The notes beneath the pieces were generated by a model. It saw only the letters and a program-made list of their open reading frames with translations, had not been told where the DNA came from and ran no database searches. Made by a program: the position numbers and the translations under genes. A stretch of 55,946 nucleotides of DNA. Source: Chromera velia. Its lineage: Eukaryota. The stretch covers positions 1 through 55,946 of the forward strand of contig JAHBMJ010000164.1 in NCBI GenBank assembly GCA_018398765.1. The letters run 5' to 3'. This document shows positions 37,901 through 51,100 of the stretch, piece after piece; the stretch's first letter is position 1, and each line of letters begins with the position of its first letter.

Positions 37901-40822
37901 TTCCCTCTCTCCATCTTCCTCAGACTCAACCCCTTCGTGCTTCTCTTTTGAGGTATCCCTGACAACGGCAGAAGGATTGCTTCCCGCACCCAACTGAGTG
38001 GCATTTCGGTCCTTCACCGGGCTCCATGTGCGGATAGCTGCACGGACTTTCGCGGACGTGTTGCGCCTACTCCCCTTGTCTTCTGGTGATGAATTCGTGT
38101 CGTTTCTTTTGGTGCCGCTCTTCTCCTCTGGGAGCATCTCAGGGGGAGAATGCGCATTGAACTTTGTGCCTGAAGGGGTGGAGACGGAAATGTGTTTCTG
38201 GAACGGTTGCCCTCTATGGGAATCTACACTACGAACACGTCGGTGACTGGCTCGAACTCTGAACTGTTGGACTTGTTGTTGTTCGGGCAGAGGCGGGATA
38301 TCGTGAGGGACTGGGAGGGGGAGTTGCGTCACATGGGAGCTTCTCTGTCGTTTCTGGAAGGACTTGAAGTCTGCAACGGCTCTGTCTTTGAAGACCTGTG
38401 CCTGTCTCTTCAAGTCAATCGACTGATCTGAAATCAACAGGTTGTAGGGGGATAGCATGTCGTTGGCTGAGAGCATCGTGTTCTGCAACGCTACCTTGAT
38501 TCGCATGTTGCGATCGAACATCCTCGCGATGTCAACCTGCACTCACACACGCATGCATGCGGAAGTACAGCGACGACAAAAGGGAAAAGGCTTTGCGTGC
38601 GTCAGTGCTTTGTACGCCGTCCAGAGGCCTAAGTCTATCACAGTCTCTTTTTTGCCGTCGAATTTCTCTCGCGCGCTCAATCGGCTGGGCTTGCCTCTTA
38701 CAACGAGACGCTTTTGCACTCCGTCTGGAAGGAAGGGAAGGAAGGAAGGAAGGTTCTCTGGATTCTTCTTCAACAACCCACAACAGGGTTGAACGGACGA
38801 TGGGCTCTCTGTCTGTCTGTCTCTGGCTGGCTAGGTGACAGAGTGAGTCGACTGACCGTGATTTCGTGAACCCGCAGCTGGAGGAACTCGGCCTCGCCCA
38901 TGATGGGGCGGTCGGGCCCCTGTGGTCCCCCCCACATCCCCCCAGCACCCCTGGCACCCCCCACAGAATTTCTGGAGAGCTGTCCAGGGAGCTCTTTCGA
39001 TTCCAAGAAATGAAAAGACAGAGACTGCAGAGAGAACTGGATCCACATCTTTACACTCTGCACTGTACTCTCCTCCCTCTCTTTCTTCTCAGCTGCCCGC
39101 ATGGCTCTCCGAACCGTTTCGTTGGACATTGTCTCAAGCTCCCTGCAGTCCTTTGTGGCTGCGATCTCTTCATCAGTGACTTCATAAGCCTTCGTCAGAC
39201 GGGCCTGCATTGGCGTCTCCTGCAGTTTCTTGCTGAGCTGAATGTCACTCGGGGACACTTCTCCTGTCTTCAAAGCAATCTTCCCTAAGACCCTCTCTCT
39301 CTGGTCAGCCTCCATCACATCAGTTGACAGACAATGGAGGTCGACACACTCCTCCACTTCAATCGTCGGGGGGCGATTGGGAACTGGAAGAGATACCCGG
39401 GTGCGCCCCCGAGAGGAGTCTCGTCTTGGAGACCGGGATCTGGAGGACGGAGACTGGGGTTTTTTGGACGAGGAGGCAAGTTTGAGCTTTCCGGGGGAGA
39501 CGGAACGAGAGGAGGATCGGCCAGAGGAACCACCAGACCCCCGTCGGCCAGCAGCGCCCTGTGCTGCTTGTGCGGCGGTGCGGTCGACGCTGCTGGATCT
39601 CCGCCGACGAAGAGGGGAAGCAGGGACAACTAACGGCTTCAGGGAATTCTTTGCGTCTCCTGTTGCAGCCTGCTGGGTACCTGCCTTGGCTGCAGCGTCC
39701 TTCTCTGCGGATTCTTTTGGGGACTGTGCTGCTTTGCTCTGTTCCTCTGAGGGGGGAACTTTTGGGTCTAGGTGGGGGTCTGTTCCGAGAATGTTCTGAG
39801 AGAAAGAACAGGGATAGGGGGGGTGAGAGGGCGGGAAAGAGAGGTCAATCAATGCGCGCGATAGAACGTGTATCAAGGGGTCGGGCGGGGTCGTGGAAAC
39901 GTACAAAGGAGTGAAAGGGGGAAAAGAAAAGGAGGAAGTCATGTGCAGTTTTCTGGTAAGAGGAAAAGCCGAAAGATCTCATTTGTGTGGAGCGAAACAA
40001 AAAGCAAAAGTTCATGGAGACATCTCAGGGCAAACGGACTTTTGAACCTTCTTCTACGCATCGATCGGCAAACAGACAGAGGGCAGTCACAATGGTTTTC
40101 GCAGATGAACAGACAGAGCAGCGTATGCAAGCATTCGTCAGATGACGCTGACCGACCCCAAAAAGAACCGCCACAAAGAAGTTGAACCTGTCGGAGGTGA
40201 ACCTCCACTGGACCTCCGACATCTGGATTTGCATCCACATCGGCACGGGGATCTGGCAGGCTGCAACAGTCACAAGTGAAAAAAACAGCAAAAGCAAATT
40301 TCTCCTCTGTGTGCGTCAATGATCGTTCTCTTTTCTGGTCTTCCCCCGTATCCCAATGCTGCCCACGATGCACTCAAAAGACAAAAATGATCGCATCAAA
40401 GTGGAAAACTGAATCTAGAAGGGAGTGGAAAGTGAACTGGAAAGTGAAACGCAGGAAAGGAGCACTGGCGCAGCACACTCGACAGCAAGAGGAGCAAACG
40501 AACCACAGATCGAATCTTCGGTGAAAAAAAACATATCCGTTCCTCGTCACTTGCTGCACGATGAAGGCAAAGTCGATCTCCCTCACACAAGCGCGAAAAA
40601 CAACAACCCTACTGAAGGGGATGCTCTAGAGACCCCATGCAACAAAAAGAAAAGAAAAACATCAATGGAGGTATGCGACTGACGCAGAATGGATCTGATG
40701 AAGGCGAAGGAGATATTTGTCTTTGGGAGGAACAGCTGCCTCCTGTCTCCGATGATGGCCTGAGCGTCCACGCCGTTGAAGGCAATCACAATCACGTCCT
40801 GCGGTCCGAAAGCCGCGTGCCT

Positions 40823-40905
<83 letters not shown>

Positions 40906-40939
40906 GTGTCACACACAAATAGACACGCACACACAAATA

Positions 40940-41003
<64 letters not shown>

Positions 41004-44000
41004 CAGAGAGAGAGAGAGAGATGGACACGCAGGAAGGGGGCAACAACTTCATTGATAGGAAAACGGCAGCAGAGGCCCCGGGTGGACGACAAAAAAGGAT
41101 GAAATGACCATGAAACCAAACAAAATTAGTGCCCCATGACTATTCTATCCCGCGAGCAGCGTTTGTGAAAAGACTCGGACGGCAGGCAGGCTTGAAGGCA
41201 GGTAGGGATTTCCCCCCTCAGACCCGGCTAAAAGGGCAGACAGCTTATTGGGGAAAGACTTCAGGGAAGAGAGGAGACACAAAAAATCTGACTGTCTCTT
41301 TAGCGAATCCTGGGGGGCAGACAGGGAAAAATAAGGCGCAAAAGGCAGCCTCACTGCACCCAACAATATCTGTGCACTTCCAGATGAGAGATCAGCTGAC
41401 TGACCATTTTCTGATTGGACACCGTCACAGAGGGCACTCTGAGTTGTAGCATCTTCCTGCTGTTCGTCTTCAGAGGCACGAAGATGACGGGGGTGTCAAC
41501 GAAGACCTCCAACTTCATCAGACGGATGGGAGCAGTGAAGTCGACCTTCGTGAAATCAGGACCCCACTGAGGCCCTTTGAACTTTTTCCTTCCCATCTCA
41601 TACAGGGTCCGTGACTCTTCACGTAACCTCTCAATCTTCTGCTTTCCCGTCATACCAATTTTTTCCCCTGGGTCCTCGAAAGAAAACTCCAAGGGCTCCG
41701 GAGGGACAAACAGCGTGGCGTGGGTCCATCTCTCTCCCCGATTCTGGCCGGGGGCAGGCGGCGGGTCCTTGTGCTTGGGCCCCTGTCGAAATTGGAATTT
41801 CTGCCGGGGCATCGTTTTGTATTTCGAGTTCCGGTAAGTGTAGAAGGCCGGGAGGTCTCCCCCACCTTCCCCTTCAGCAGAATCCCCCGACCCCCTCCGA
41901 CCAGGAGACGACCCACGGGACCCTCTGCGTCTCCCGTGACTGTCTCGCCGACTCGGTCTCCATCGAAGACCTCGCGCTCCGGGAGACAGACTCCTCCCCC
42001 TTCCGCCCCTCTCCCCCTCTTTTCCCAACGATCCTGCTGAGAAGGGACGTGTGGGAGAAGGAGGACCAGACGGTTTGGCACCATGCGCGCCGTCTCCCTT
42101 CAAGGCCGTCTCGACTTGTGCGACTTGTGGATGCCGCAAAATGATGCTGCGGTAATAGTAGAGGTCGTGAGCAGTGAAGATGAGAGGGAAGCGACGACCG
42201 CTATCGGATTCATCGGATTCCTCTGACCCGGTATCCGAAAATTCGGGTTCGTATTCGTCCTCTGCCCCCTCTTCTTCCTGTCCTTCGGTTGTTGACCTCC
42301 GTTTGTACCTCCCCGACTCACGTCTGTCAAGGTCGTGAAGTCGTTTTTCTTCCTCCGTCTCGTTCTTGATCTGCTCGGTGTTCCGGGGACTGGCCAAAAT
42401 GGCGGGAAGAAACCCCCCCAGAATCCAATTGAAAATCTTCAAAAACTTCCCCATGAGGAAGTTGAAGAGAATTTGGGAAAAATGGACATCAATGGTGAAC
42501 GCAAAACCGTCATACGTGTCCAGTGTCTCCGCAAAAGTCTCCACATGCACTGACAGAAAGTTGCGCACACTGCTGGCTGACCTATTGCCCCCCCAATGAC
42601 CCGATCCTGCCGATGCAGTTTCAGACGCTGCCGAATCAAACGCACCCAAAATCGACAACACCTCTCGATCACTGATGCGAAGGGGATCGTCGTCCCTGTT
42701 TCGTTTCTTCCCCCCCCACATTTTCTCCCAGAAATATTCCCCATAATATCCTGGAGGGGGGTTTAGAGGTTGGTCTTCTTTCTGTCTGAAGTCCTCAGGG
42801 GTGAGCGGGAGGATGTAGTCGATCGCGAAGTTCTTCAGACGGCACCGCAACTCGACAGTCAGTGCCCGCATCTTCAGGCTGATTTCGGACTCTTCAAACG
42901 CGACAGAGGCAAAACCGTCCTCCACCTCGTCGTCGTCCAGAGCAAACAGACGAATCGAGTGAACCGACACGCGCACAACCATCCCGAGAGCGTTCTCGGG
43001 CTCCCTGTCTAGAGCCGAATCGTTCCCTGCAAGTTCAGGGGAGATGCAGAAAACGTGTGTCCAAAAGGCGGTCGCTCATTCCAAAACAATCGTTGTGGGG
43101 GGGCTGGGAGAAACGAAAGGAGGTGAGTGCAATTGACTAATTCATAGCAAACCAATCCACCAAAACAGCTGAAGACAGCAAGACAGTCAAATAGAAAGCT
43201 TTCTGCATGGCTTCACTCCCCTCCCCATCCCACGTCGACCATTGACTGACTGACTGACTTTCAAGGGACAGTTCCCCTGACATGTTGGGACTCCGCACTG
43301 TCCCCGTTCCCCCCGAAGTGTTCGCCCCTGCAGCAGACGGACTCCTCTGAGGAGAGCTGGGCACAAAGGCTCCCCCCGACCCTTTCGCGTGCCGAGGTGA
43401 CCCCCCTGCTGCACGTTCGAGTGCCTTCGTCATGGCGATGGAGAATCTCTGCTGCATAGTGGGTCTGGCAGACGAGGGTCTCCTCTCTGCCGCCTTCTGC
43501 TGTTGCTGAAGTTTCACCAACGTCGACGAACGTGCGTATGCCTTTGTGCCGTCTGAGGAAGGCCCCAGGTTGATCTGATGGAACAAAGGGCTGAGGGGGG
43601 CAGGGAAGCTCTTGAGAAATCGGACGATCGACGCGAAGGCCTCCGAAGCGAAGTAGATAGAGATGAACCGTTCGAATCGGAGGTCTATCAGCATAGGCGC
43701 ACCTTCGCAATGTTCCTGCACGTTGGAGTGACCGGGGAGAAATGGTGGATTTTATGTTCTGACTCTGCAAAGGATCTGAAGGTCAGATCCTTTAGTTCAG
43801 CCGAAAGAAGAATGCCAGAAAGGCTAGTGCCGAGAAAGCAAAGGAAGGCTGTTGACACAGCCACGGCGACGCAGAGGAGGGCTCTGTTAGTCAGGGGAAA
43901 TTTAGTTTCTGACCTTATCCTTTATCTTGCTTCTCTTAGTGCAAGGATTTGTGATCGGAAAAAAGACATAAATTAGTCACATCCTTGAGGGCAGACTACC

Positions 44001-46489
44001 TGAGTGACTGACTGACTGACCAATTGTTTGGATTTGTCCGCAGACATGCAAACCTTGATGGACATCACCTGCTTCTCGTTCTCGTTCTCTCCTCCCCCAC
44101 CCACGAAGGTAGACGCCGAATGACCCAAACTCCCCCTGTCGCTCCCCTGCCCACTTGTCACAGACCTCGCACGGCGGTGATTCCCTCCGCCCCCGCTCCT
44201 CTCTTTCGCGAGCTTCCCTCCCTCCTGAATCCACGACCTTACGCGAGGCTTGATGGCCTCCACAGTGGACTTGAGTAACCACTGCTTCTGAGGCCCTCCG
44301 TATGCCTCCTGGACAGGCCTGGATAGAGACAACTCACGGAGGTTAAACGTCAGAGTCGTCACACGGGCTGCAGAGACTTGGAGGGCAAGTCTCATCGAAT
44401 CAGTGCAGAGCTCTACAGGGTCGTAGTGGGGATTTTGCCCTTGTGCAGAGGCAGAGGAGCGTTTCGCGGAAGAAGGGGACACGGGGATCGACGGATTGGC
44501 GCTGCCCCCCCCTCCTGCAGATCGTCCGCTCTCGCTCAAAGCGATCGCGGGTGTCATCGAGATCGGACCCGGGGGGGGAGACAACACAGCCTCGACTACG
44601 TTCGCCATTCTTTTCCCTGGAGAGGGGGGGATGGCCAGTGCCACTCTCTGAGTCGCTCGTTTCTGGGACGCCAGCCACTTCTCTGTACCTTTCTTCTCCC
44701 TGTCCATGTCCAGACAGTAAAGCCGTAGGGTGACCTTTTCAGTGAAGAATTCTGCTGCGACTGACGGTAATCGGTGCTTGGCCCTTTCCTCCCGTCTCTG
44801 CATTGCCCTCTCATCTTGGAGACGATCCGGTTCCGACACGGATATCTTCGGGGGCAGCATCGGGGCGGCCTTTGGAGCCACTTGCGGCGACTCCGGCTTC
44901 CCCCCGGAGGGTCCGTTTGGGAGCACAAAGGACTTGCGCACTCCAGGAGACACGAGACGCTGGCGGTCGAGGCCCGGAGACAGGCCGGGTGCGACTGAGG
45001 GTTTCCTCTGCTGCGGTTGAAACTGCGACACCATCGCAGGGAAGACGGAAGTCCGGCGAAGTCCCCCCAGAGCCCCGTCGTCCTCAGTGGAGTCCACCAT
45101 GCGGGCAGACCTGCGGCTTTTGATCGAATGGGCCGACAACCCGCTGTCTTTTCTGTCCCCCCGTCTGCTCTCAACGAACACAGACTCAGCACGCAACTTG
45201 GCACGCTGATGAAGTTCCAAGTCGTCCATCAAGACGACCCTCAGCATCCTGAAGAGAAAAAAGAGAAGGAAATCAAGATGGAAAGCAGTCTCGCAGAGTT
45301 CTAATTTTGTTTTTTCATTTTCATCTACCAAGAACTTGGCACGGAAGAAGTAGGGGAGAAAGAAATCGTCAAATTCCGCGCGAACTGAATACCGAAGGAA
45401 AAGTGAACGAAGAGAAAACCGGACACAGAAAGGACACACAGCCCAACTTCAGGGACGGGTGCGGAAGACACAGACAGATGTCACTTTTTCCCCCTCATCA
45501 ATCTTTGCTCTCCCCCCCTCAAACACTCACTCATTCACTGACTTGATCAGCCCTTTGTAGCTCGCCTCGTTCACACGAATCTCCACCGGACGAAGCCGTC
45601 CTTCAATCTTCACATGACCGAAAGCTTCCCCAAATACATCGGCGTCACCTCCTCCCCCCTCCTCGGCAGGTGAGCCTGGAGTGACCTGTCCAGAGTCCAA
45701 CTCGCCGTCCTGAATCTGACTCTCTAGGCCTACAGCGGGAGCGGGCAGGAGAGATATCGGGGCACCCTCAACGAGTCCGATTGGCTTCATCCCCTCGTTA
45801 CTTTCCGGGGCTGCTCCTGCCGATGTTGCAGTCATTGAGGGTGAGTGCGTTCGAGGGGGGGCTGTGGAGCCGGGCTTGGGGGGCCGCACAGAGGCGGCAG
45901 CGGAACAGAAGGATTCGTCTGCTGTCTCTGCATCAACCCCCGATTCCCTCTCTCTGTCTTCCTCTCCTGACCCCTCAATATCTCGAGGTTGGAGTCCTGC
46001 TTGGAGCGGAAGGAACCCCATGCCTCCTCCCATTTGGGCAAACTCCGTGAGACCAACGGGACTTGCGACAGAGGAACGACGAGCACCCATGCGGGCAGCT
46101 CCGGGGGAAGGGACCATCAGTGCCTCCCTTCCAAGTGGACTTCCCGGACGTTTGTCGGGATCGTCTCCTATTGAGATAGAGGTGGTGCAGCGGTCTATGG
46201 ACCTTCTCTTGCTTCCCCTGTGACCTCCTGTCCGGCCCATCTCCCTCTGCACCGCCTGCTTTCGAGCTTCCCTCTCTTCCTTCAGTTTCAGCTCTGCCAA
46301 TTCCTTTTTGGAGATTTCCCTCTCGAAGAAGGTCATCAACAGAAGATGGAAGTCCATCTCTGTCTCTGGGAGAACGTCCTTGTGGAACGACATCGCGCCT
46401 GTGATGTAATTCTCCAGATCGTCACAGTGGAGAACGGAAATCTTCGAAAGCGCAACGCGAAAAGACGAATAGTGGGAAGTCTGCAACAC

Positions 46490-46539
<50 letters not shown>

Positions 46540-48085
46540 AGTAAACAACGATTTCAGGGGGCAAGGGCAGAAGACCCGAAGGCAGAATTGTGGTCGGATT
46601 GGAGAAAACACACCGTACATCCTTCCGCATTCTCACCAATCAGTTTTCTTTGCTAGTTCCATGACTTGCTGGATTGTGCACGTCCGACTGGACCCAAAGG
46701 TTGGTGATGCTTGTTCAATTTCTCACCGCTGTGTGTCTCTCTATCTATGCGTGTGTGTGGATGCGCTTTTCCGGGGAAAACACGACTCGCCCTGATGTAT
46801 CTCTAGACAGTCAGTCAGACCCCTTCCTTCGACTCACCGTTGTCCGCATATTCCTCACAGGGTGGTGGTCCCTTGTGGCTGTGCAGGCAGCTACCGTCTT
46901 CTCCCTCTCCTTCGCCTCCGGGTCGGTGCACCTGGATGCAGAGAGAACCTGCACACACAAACGACATCTACACGTATACATCTGATCCTCTGTCTGTTCA
47001 AAGGACTACATCGATACGTCTCTCAATTCCTCCTCGCCGGTTTCACTGACTCCTTTTGTCCCCTCCCATACCGACACACGCATGAAGGTCTTTTTTGAGA
47101 TCATCAGAATTGAAGAAATATCGATGTTGCTCTGCAAGGTATTCCTCGTCGACTGACTGTGAGCTCTCCCAAGTTGACTGCGTAGAACGCCGTTTTCCTG
47201 TCTGCAATTTCCTCTGGCAGTAAAAGGGTGGGGGCAGAGAGGGAAATGTCGATGTGCCAAGTGGACAGCTGCGCAAGCCTGTGCTGGCTGGATGCCATGA
47301 TGTGCGTGGCATCCACAAGCCTCGCATCCTGCACAAAGACAGCCGCTGCGGCTGCCGCGCCATCCTCTGCCGGTTCCCCTGCGGTGGCATCGAATGAGCC
47401 CCCCTCCGTGGCTGTACTTCCCTTCGCACCTCCCACCGCCACCGTCTTTCTCCTCTTGTGCGCCTGTGCTGCTGCCCTCTCCAGTTCTGAGGGGGATTGC
47501 TTTGTCTGGTTCTGTCCGACGAACTGCTTGATCTCATAGAAGACGTGTCGTTGGCAGTTCAGATGAAAATTCGCCAATTTGACCTGCAAGAAGAAAGTCA
47601 GGTTCCAAAGAGATTTTAGGAAGTGTTCACAATACATTGACAGTGAGTGCATCACGGCATCTTTTTCAGCACAAACTGCACAAGTACATCAAAAGAAAAA
47701 CAGCAAGGCCTCTCTTTGTCTTCAAATACCTTTCCTGGGAGTCTCCTTTCTTTTCCTTCTGGACCCACCAACCAACCAACCTTGAGTTCATTGTTGACTT
47801 TCCCCGCAGCGTTGGTCTCGTTGGTGTATCTGGCATCCAGGAGGTGCTCGAGGGCCTTCTTGTCCTCCCGTCTGTAGATGATCTTCGTCTTCTCCATCGC
47901 CTCTGCCTGCTGCGTGATCTGCTTCTGGTGCGTCACAGAGAGGTCCCCAATCTTCGCCTCCACTGTCCCAGGGTTGCCTGCCAGGGCAAAGAGGAACACC
48001 TTCTCTACACCCAGAAAGACGGACGAGGAGGGAACGCCCATGGATCGCCTCCGTCGCTTCCGACCGGACTCAAGCTGCATACACA

Positions 48086-48155
<70 letters not shown>

Positions 48156-51100
48156 CGGAGAGAGAGAGATATTTACATATGAACACATGCTTCGACGTGC
48201 AGTCGGGAATCGACGTAGAAGAAGAGACAAAGGAAACCACAGCAGCACATCAGGATTGCTTCTCCATGACCACCACAGCTCCAGATACCTTACTTACCTG
48301 TGGCAGGCAGATCCCGCAGATGAGTGAAAAAAAGTCCAGAAAGAAACAAGATCCAACAACAAAGAAACAAACACATGCAGAGACACACAGACAGACAGAT
48401 AGACAGACAGACAGAGAGACCGACCTGCACTTCCACCATGGCCCTCCCAACGGAGTACCGAAGAGTCAAGAAAGGCTGTCCTCCCAACCCAGAGGCCTCA
48501 GTGATGGCAGCTGGCAGAGCGCCCCTCGCTGCTTCGTTTGTGTTGAGACAGAGAAAGGGAGTGAGTGTACACAGGTCGCCGAGACAGAATCTTGAGGTGA
48601 GAGACAGGATACAGACGCAGACAAAAAAGAAGGCGGAAAAGCTGGTGAACAAGGCACCAGAAAAGGAGACAGCGAAGTGAAGGCTACTACACTATCCAAG
48701 AAAATGAAACACAGAAGACTGGATCAGTAAGCCAGCAGGAACAGCGAAAGAGCAAATGAATCGGGTAGCTTGTGTCTTCTGTAGAACTCCGCCTGTGCTT
48801 CCTCACTGCTCTTCGCTTTCCCTTCCCCAGCATGACGACTTTCTTCCTGTTCTCCCGCAATTGAAGCAGAATCCTTGTTTTCGACCGTGAAGTGAAAGAA
48901 GGAAGGGAAAAATCCGAGTGACTGACCGCTCTCTCTCTTCTGCCGGAGACTCTCCTCTTCTGTGTCTGCCTCCCGAATCATGTACCATCGCCAGATATAG
49001 GGTTTCTTTTTCTCCCACATCTTCTCTCTCTTCACATCCTCTTGCAATTCCTCATGCGCTTCGTGAAATTCCGCCTCCTCTTCTCTGAACTCATCGTCAT
49101 CCTCCATCATCGACTGAGAACCTTCCACTCCCATCCCTCCGATCTCACTCTCAAGTTGAGAACGAGACAGAGAACGCGACGCACGCTTTTCAATCCAGTA
49201 CTGCTTATGTGCCTCCTGCAACTGATGCAATTGACGAAAGTTAGTCGACAGAGGAGTGGCCGTCATACTGGGTACCGCACCCTCCAGATCTCTGTTCTCA
49301 TCCTCTCCGTCTCCTTCGTCTCTCTGCGTGACCAGGGGACTCTCAAGTACAGAGCCACACGGAGATGCAGGCACGGAATCTTTGTCGCTTAGCGGGGCCC
49401 TTCGCACATTCACGTTCTCTCCCAGACTCCGGAGAGGACTGATGTCACCCCCACTCCCAGGGCAGCCCTCAGCATCCCCCCCCGGCTGTCCGAACGCAGG
49501 AGGGGGCGGCTGGCCGATCTCGGAGGATGCCTGCAGGCACGAGTGGAAACGGAAGGAAGGGGAAAGAGAGAGAAAAACAGGGAGTCATGCCGAAGTCAGC
49601 GGTGCTTGCACGGAGTGTCAAGGTTTTGGGATAGGTTGGGAATGCCAGAGATCGAAAAGGTGGAAATGGGTGAGGAAATGCGGAAGTGGGTGACTGCACA
49701 CAAAGCAGACACACACACACACGCGTACAGAAAACAAAAAGGCCCAATGACGGAGGGAGAACGGTGCGAATGAGGAGGATCACAGACAGCGGGCATGGAA
49801 AGGGGTGGTTCTGAGTGCAATTTGTCTGTCTGACTGACTGACTTCTTCGCACTCCAGAAACTCCTCTGTGGCAGTCTGGCTGGGCAGGTCAGGCAGGCCT
49901 CTGTCGATGTTCCCCCCTCCCCCCGAAGGAGTATCTGTTCCCTTGCCCTGTCGAGGAGACGACCTCCCCCCCCAAAGAGAGAAGTAGGTACCCCTCTGCT
50001 TGCCCTGCTGGTTTTTGCTGTCGCCCTCCCCTGACGAGTCCAGACCGTCAATGGCACTCCCAGTGTCGCCATCGTGGGGGGGCGGGAGTGCCTTTGCGCT
50101 TGCCAGAGTACTCGCGACTTTCAGATTCTGCTCATTGAGAAGGGAGAAGGAAGGGAAGGGGGAGAAAGAGCAGCGATAGCGAATTGCTGTGACCGAGAGA
50201 TATTGAGTGGGAGGGCAGATTGAAGAAGCGACTGCACACAGGTGTTCCCTGCCTGTTAAGCAGAAGGTGATCATTGCTATGTGATAAGAGGGAATCACGG
50301 CGGATGAGGAAGAGGAAGGAGAGAACGCAGACTGTGGGGTGATTTCGGATTGGAAAGGGCACAAGAGGAACACAAGAGGAACACAAGAAGGCCGAGAAGA
50401 AAATGGAATCTCAAAGGGATTGGTACAAGATAGAAGAAGAGAGAAACAATTAAGAAAAAACGTCGAAATGCCCGCTGACGTTCAAGACAGTGAAGGCGAT
50501 CTGGCTATGCAACCTGCAAGGAGAAGAAGAAAAAAAAAGGAGCGAGAGAGAAGAGATGACCACCAAGATGTAACAGCACATATGTGTCTGTCCGAAAACA
50601 ACAGCTCTCCTCTCATGTCAAACGTTCTCGTCCTTCAACAACCGGTCGGTTCAGACCGACACAGTCCCGATAATTGCTCTGGAGGATCCTTCTATGAAGC
50701 TCCTGTCTTTGCCTTTATGTCTATATCCTTACTCTCGGACAGCACTTCTTTCTGGTGCCTTCTCATTCGAGCAGAAAGTTTGAACTCCCCCTTTTTCGGT
50801 GAATCCCTGTCTTTGTCTCTCCCTCACCCCCCTTTGGAATGCTTTATTGACTGACTGACTGACTTCATGAGGACCCTGTCAGGAATATTCTTCCTCAATT
50901 CACTCGCGCGGGTTCTCTGCTCCTGTGGCCAGTCCTCCCCCTTCTCCAGAGCCTCCCGACACAAAAGTCTGTACTCCTGCCAGTGGGCACGCAGCCTTCT
51001 CTGCATGTAGACAGGCGGGGAGGCAAACAGGAAAATTTGACAAACGAAGGAAGGTTTCAGTGAAGCCATACGCTGGAAAAACACCGTTCGATCGACGGGA

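Noticed and set aside
48122..48155. Functional G-quadruplex (G34)
   Set aside because: Part of a compound intronic microsatellite; homopolymer length is unreliable and nothing else supports a function.
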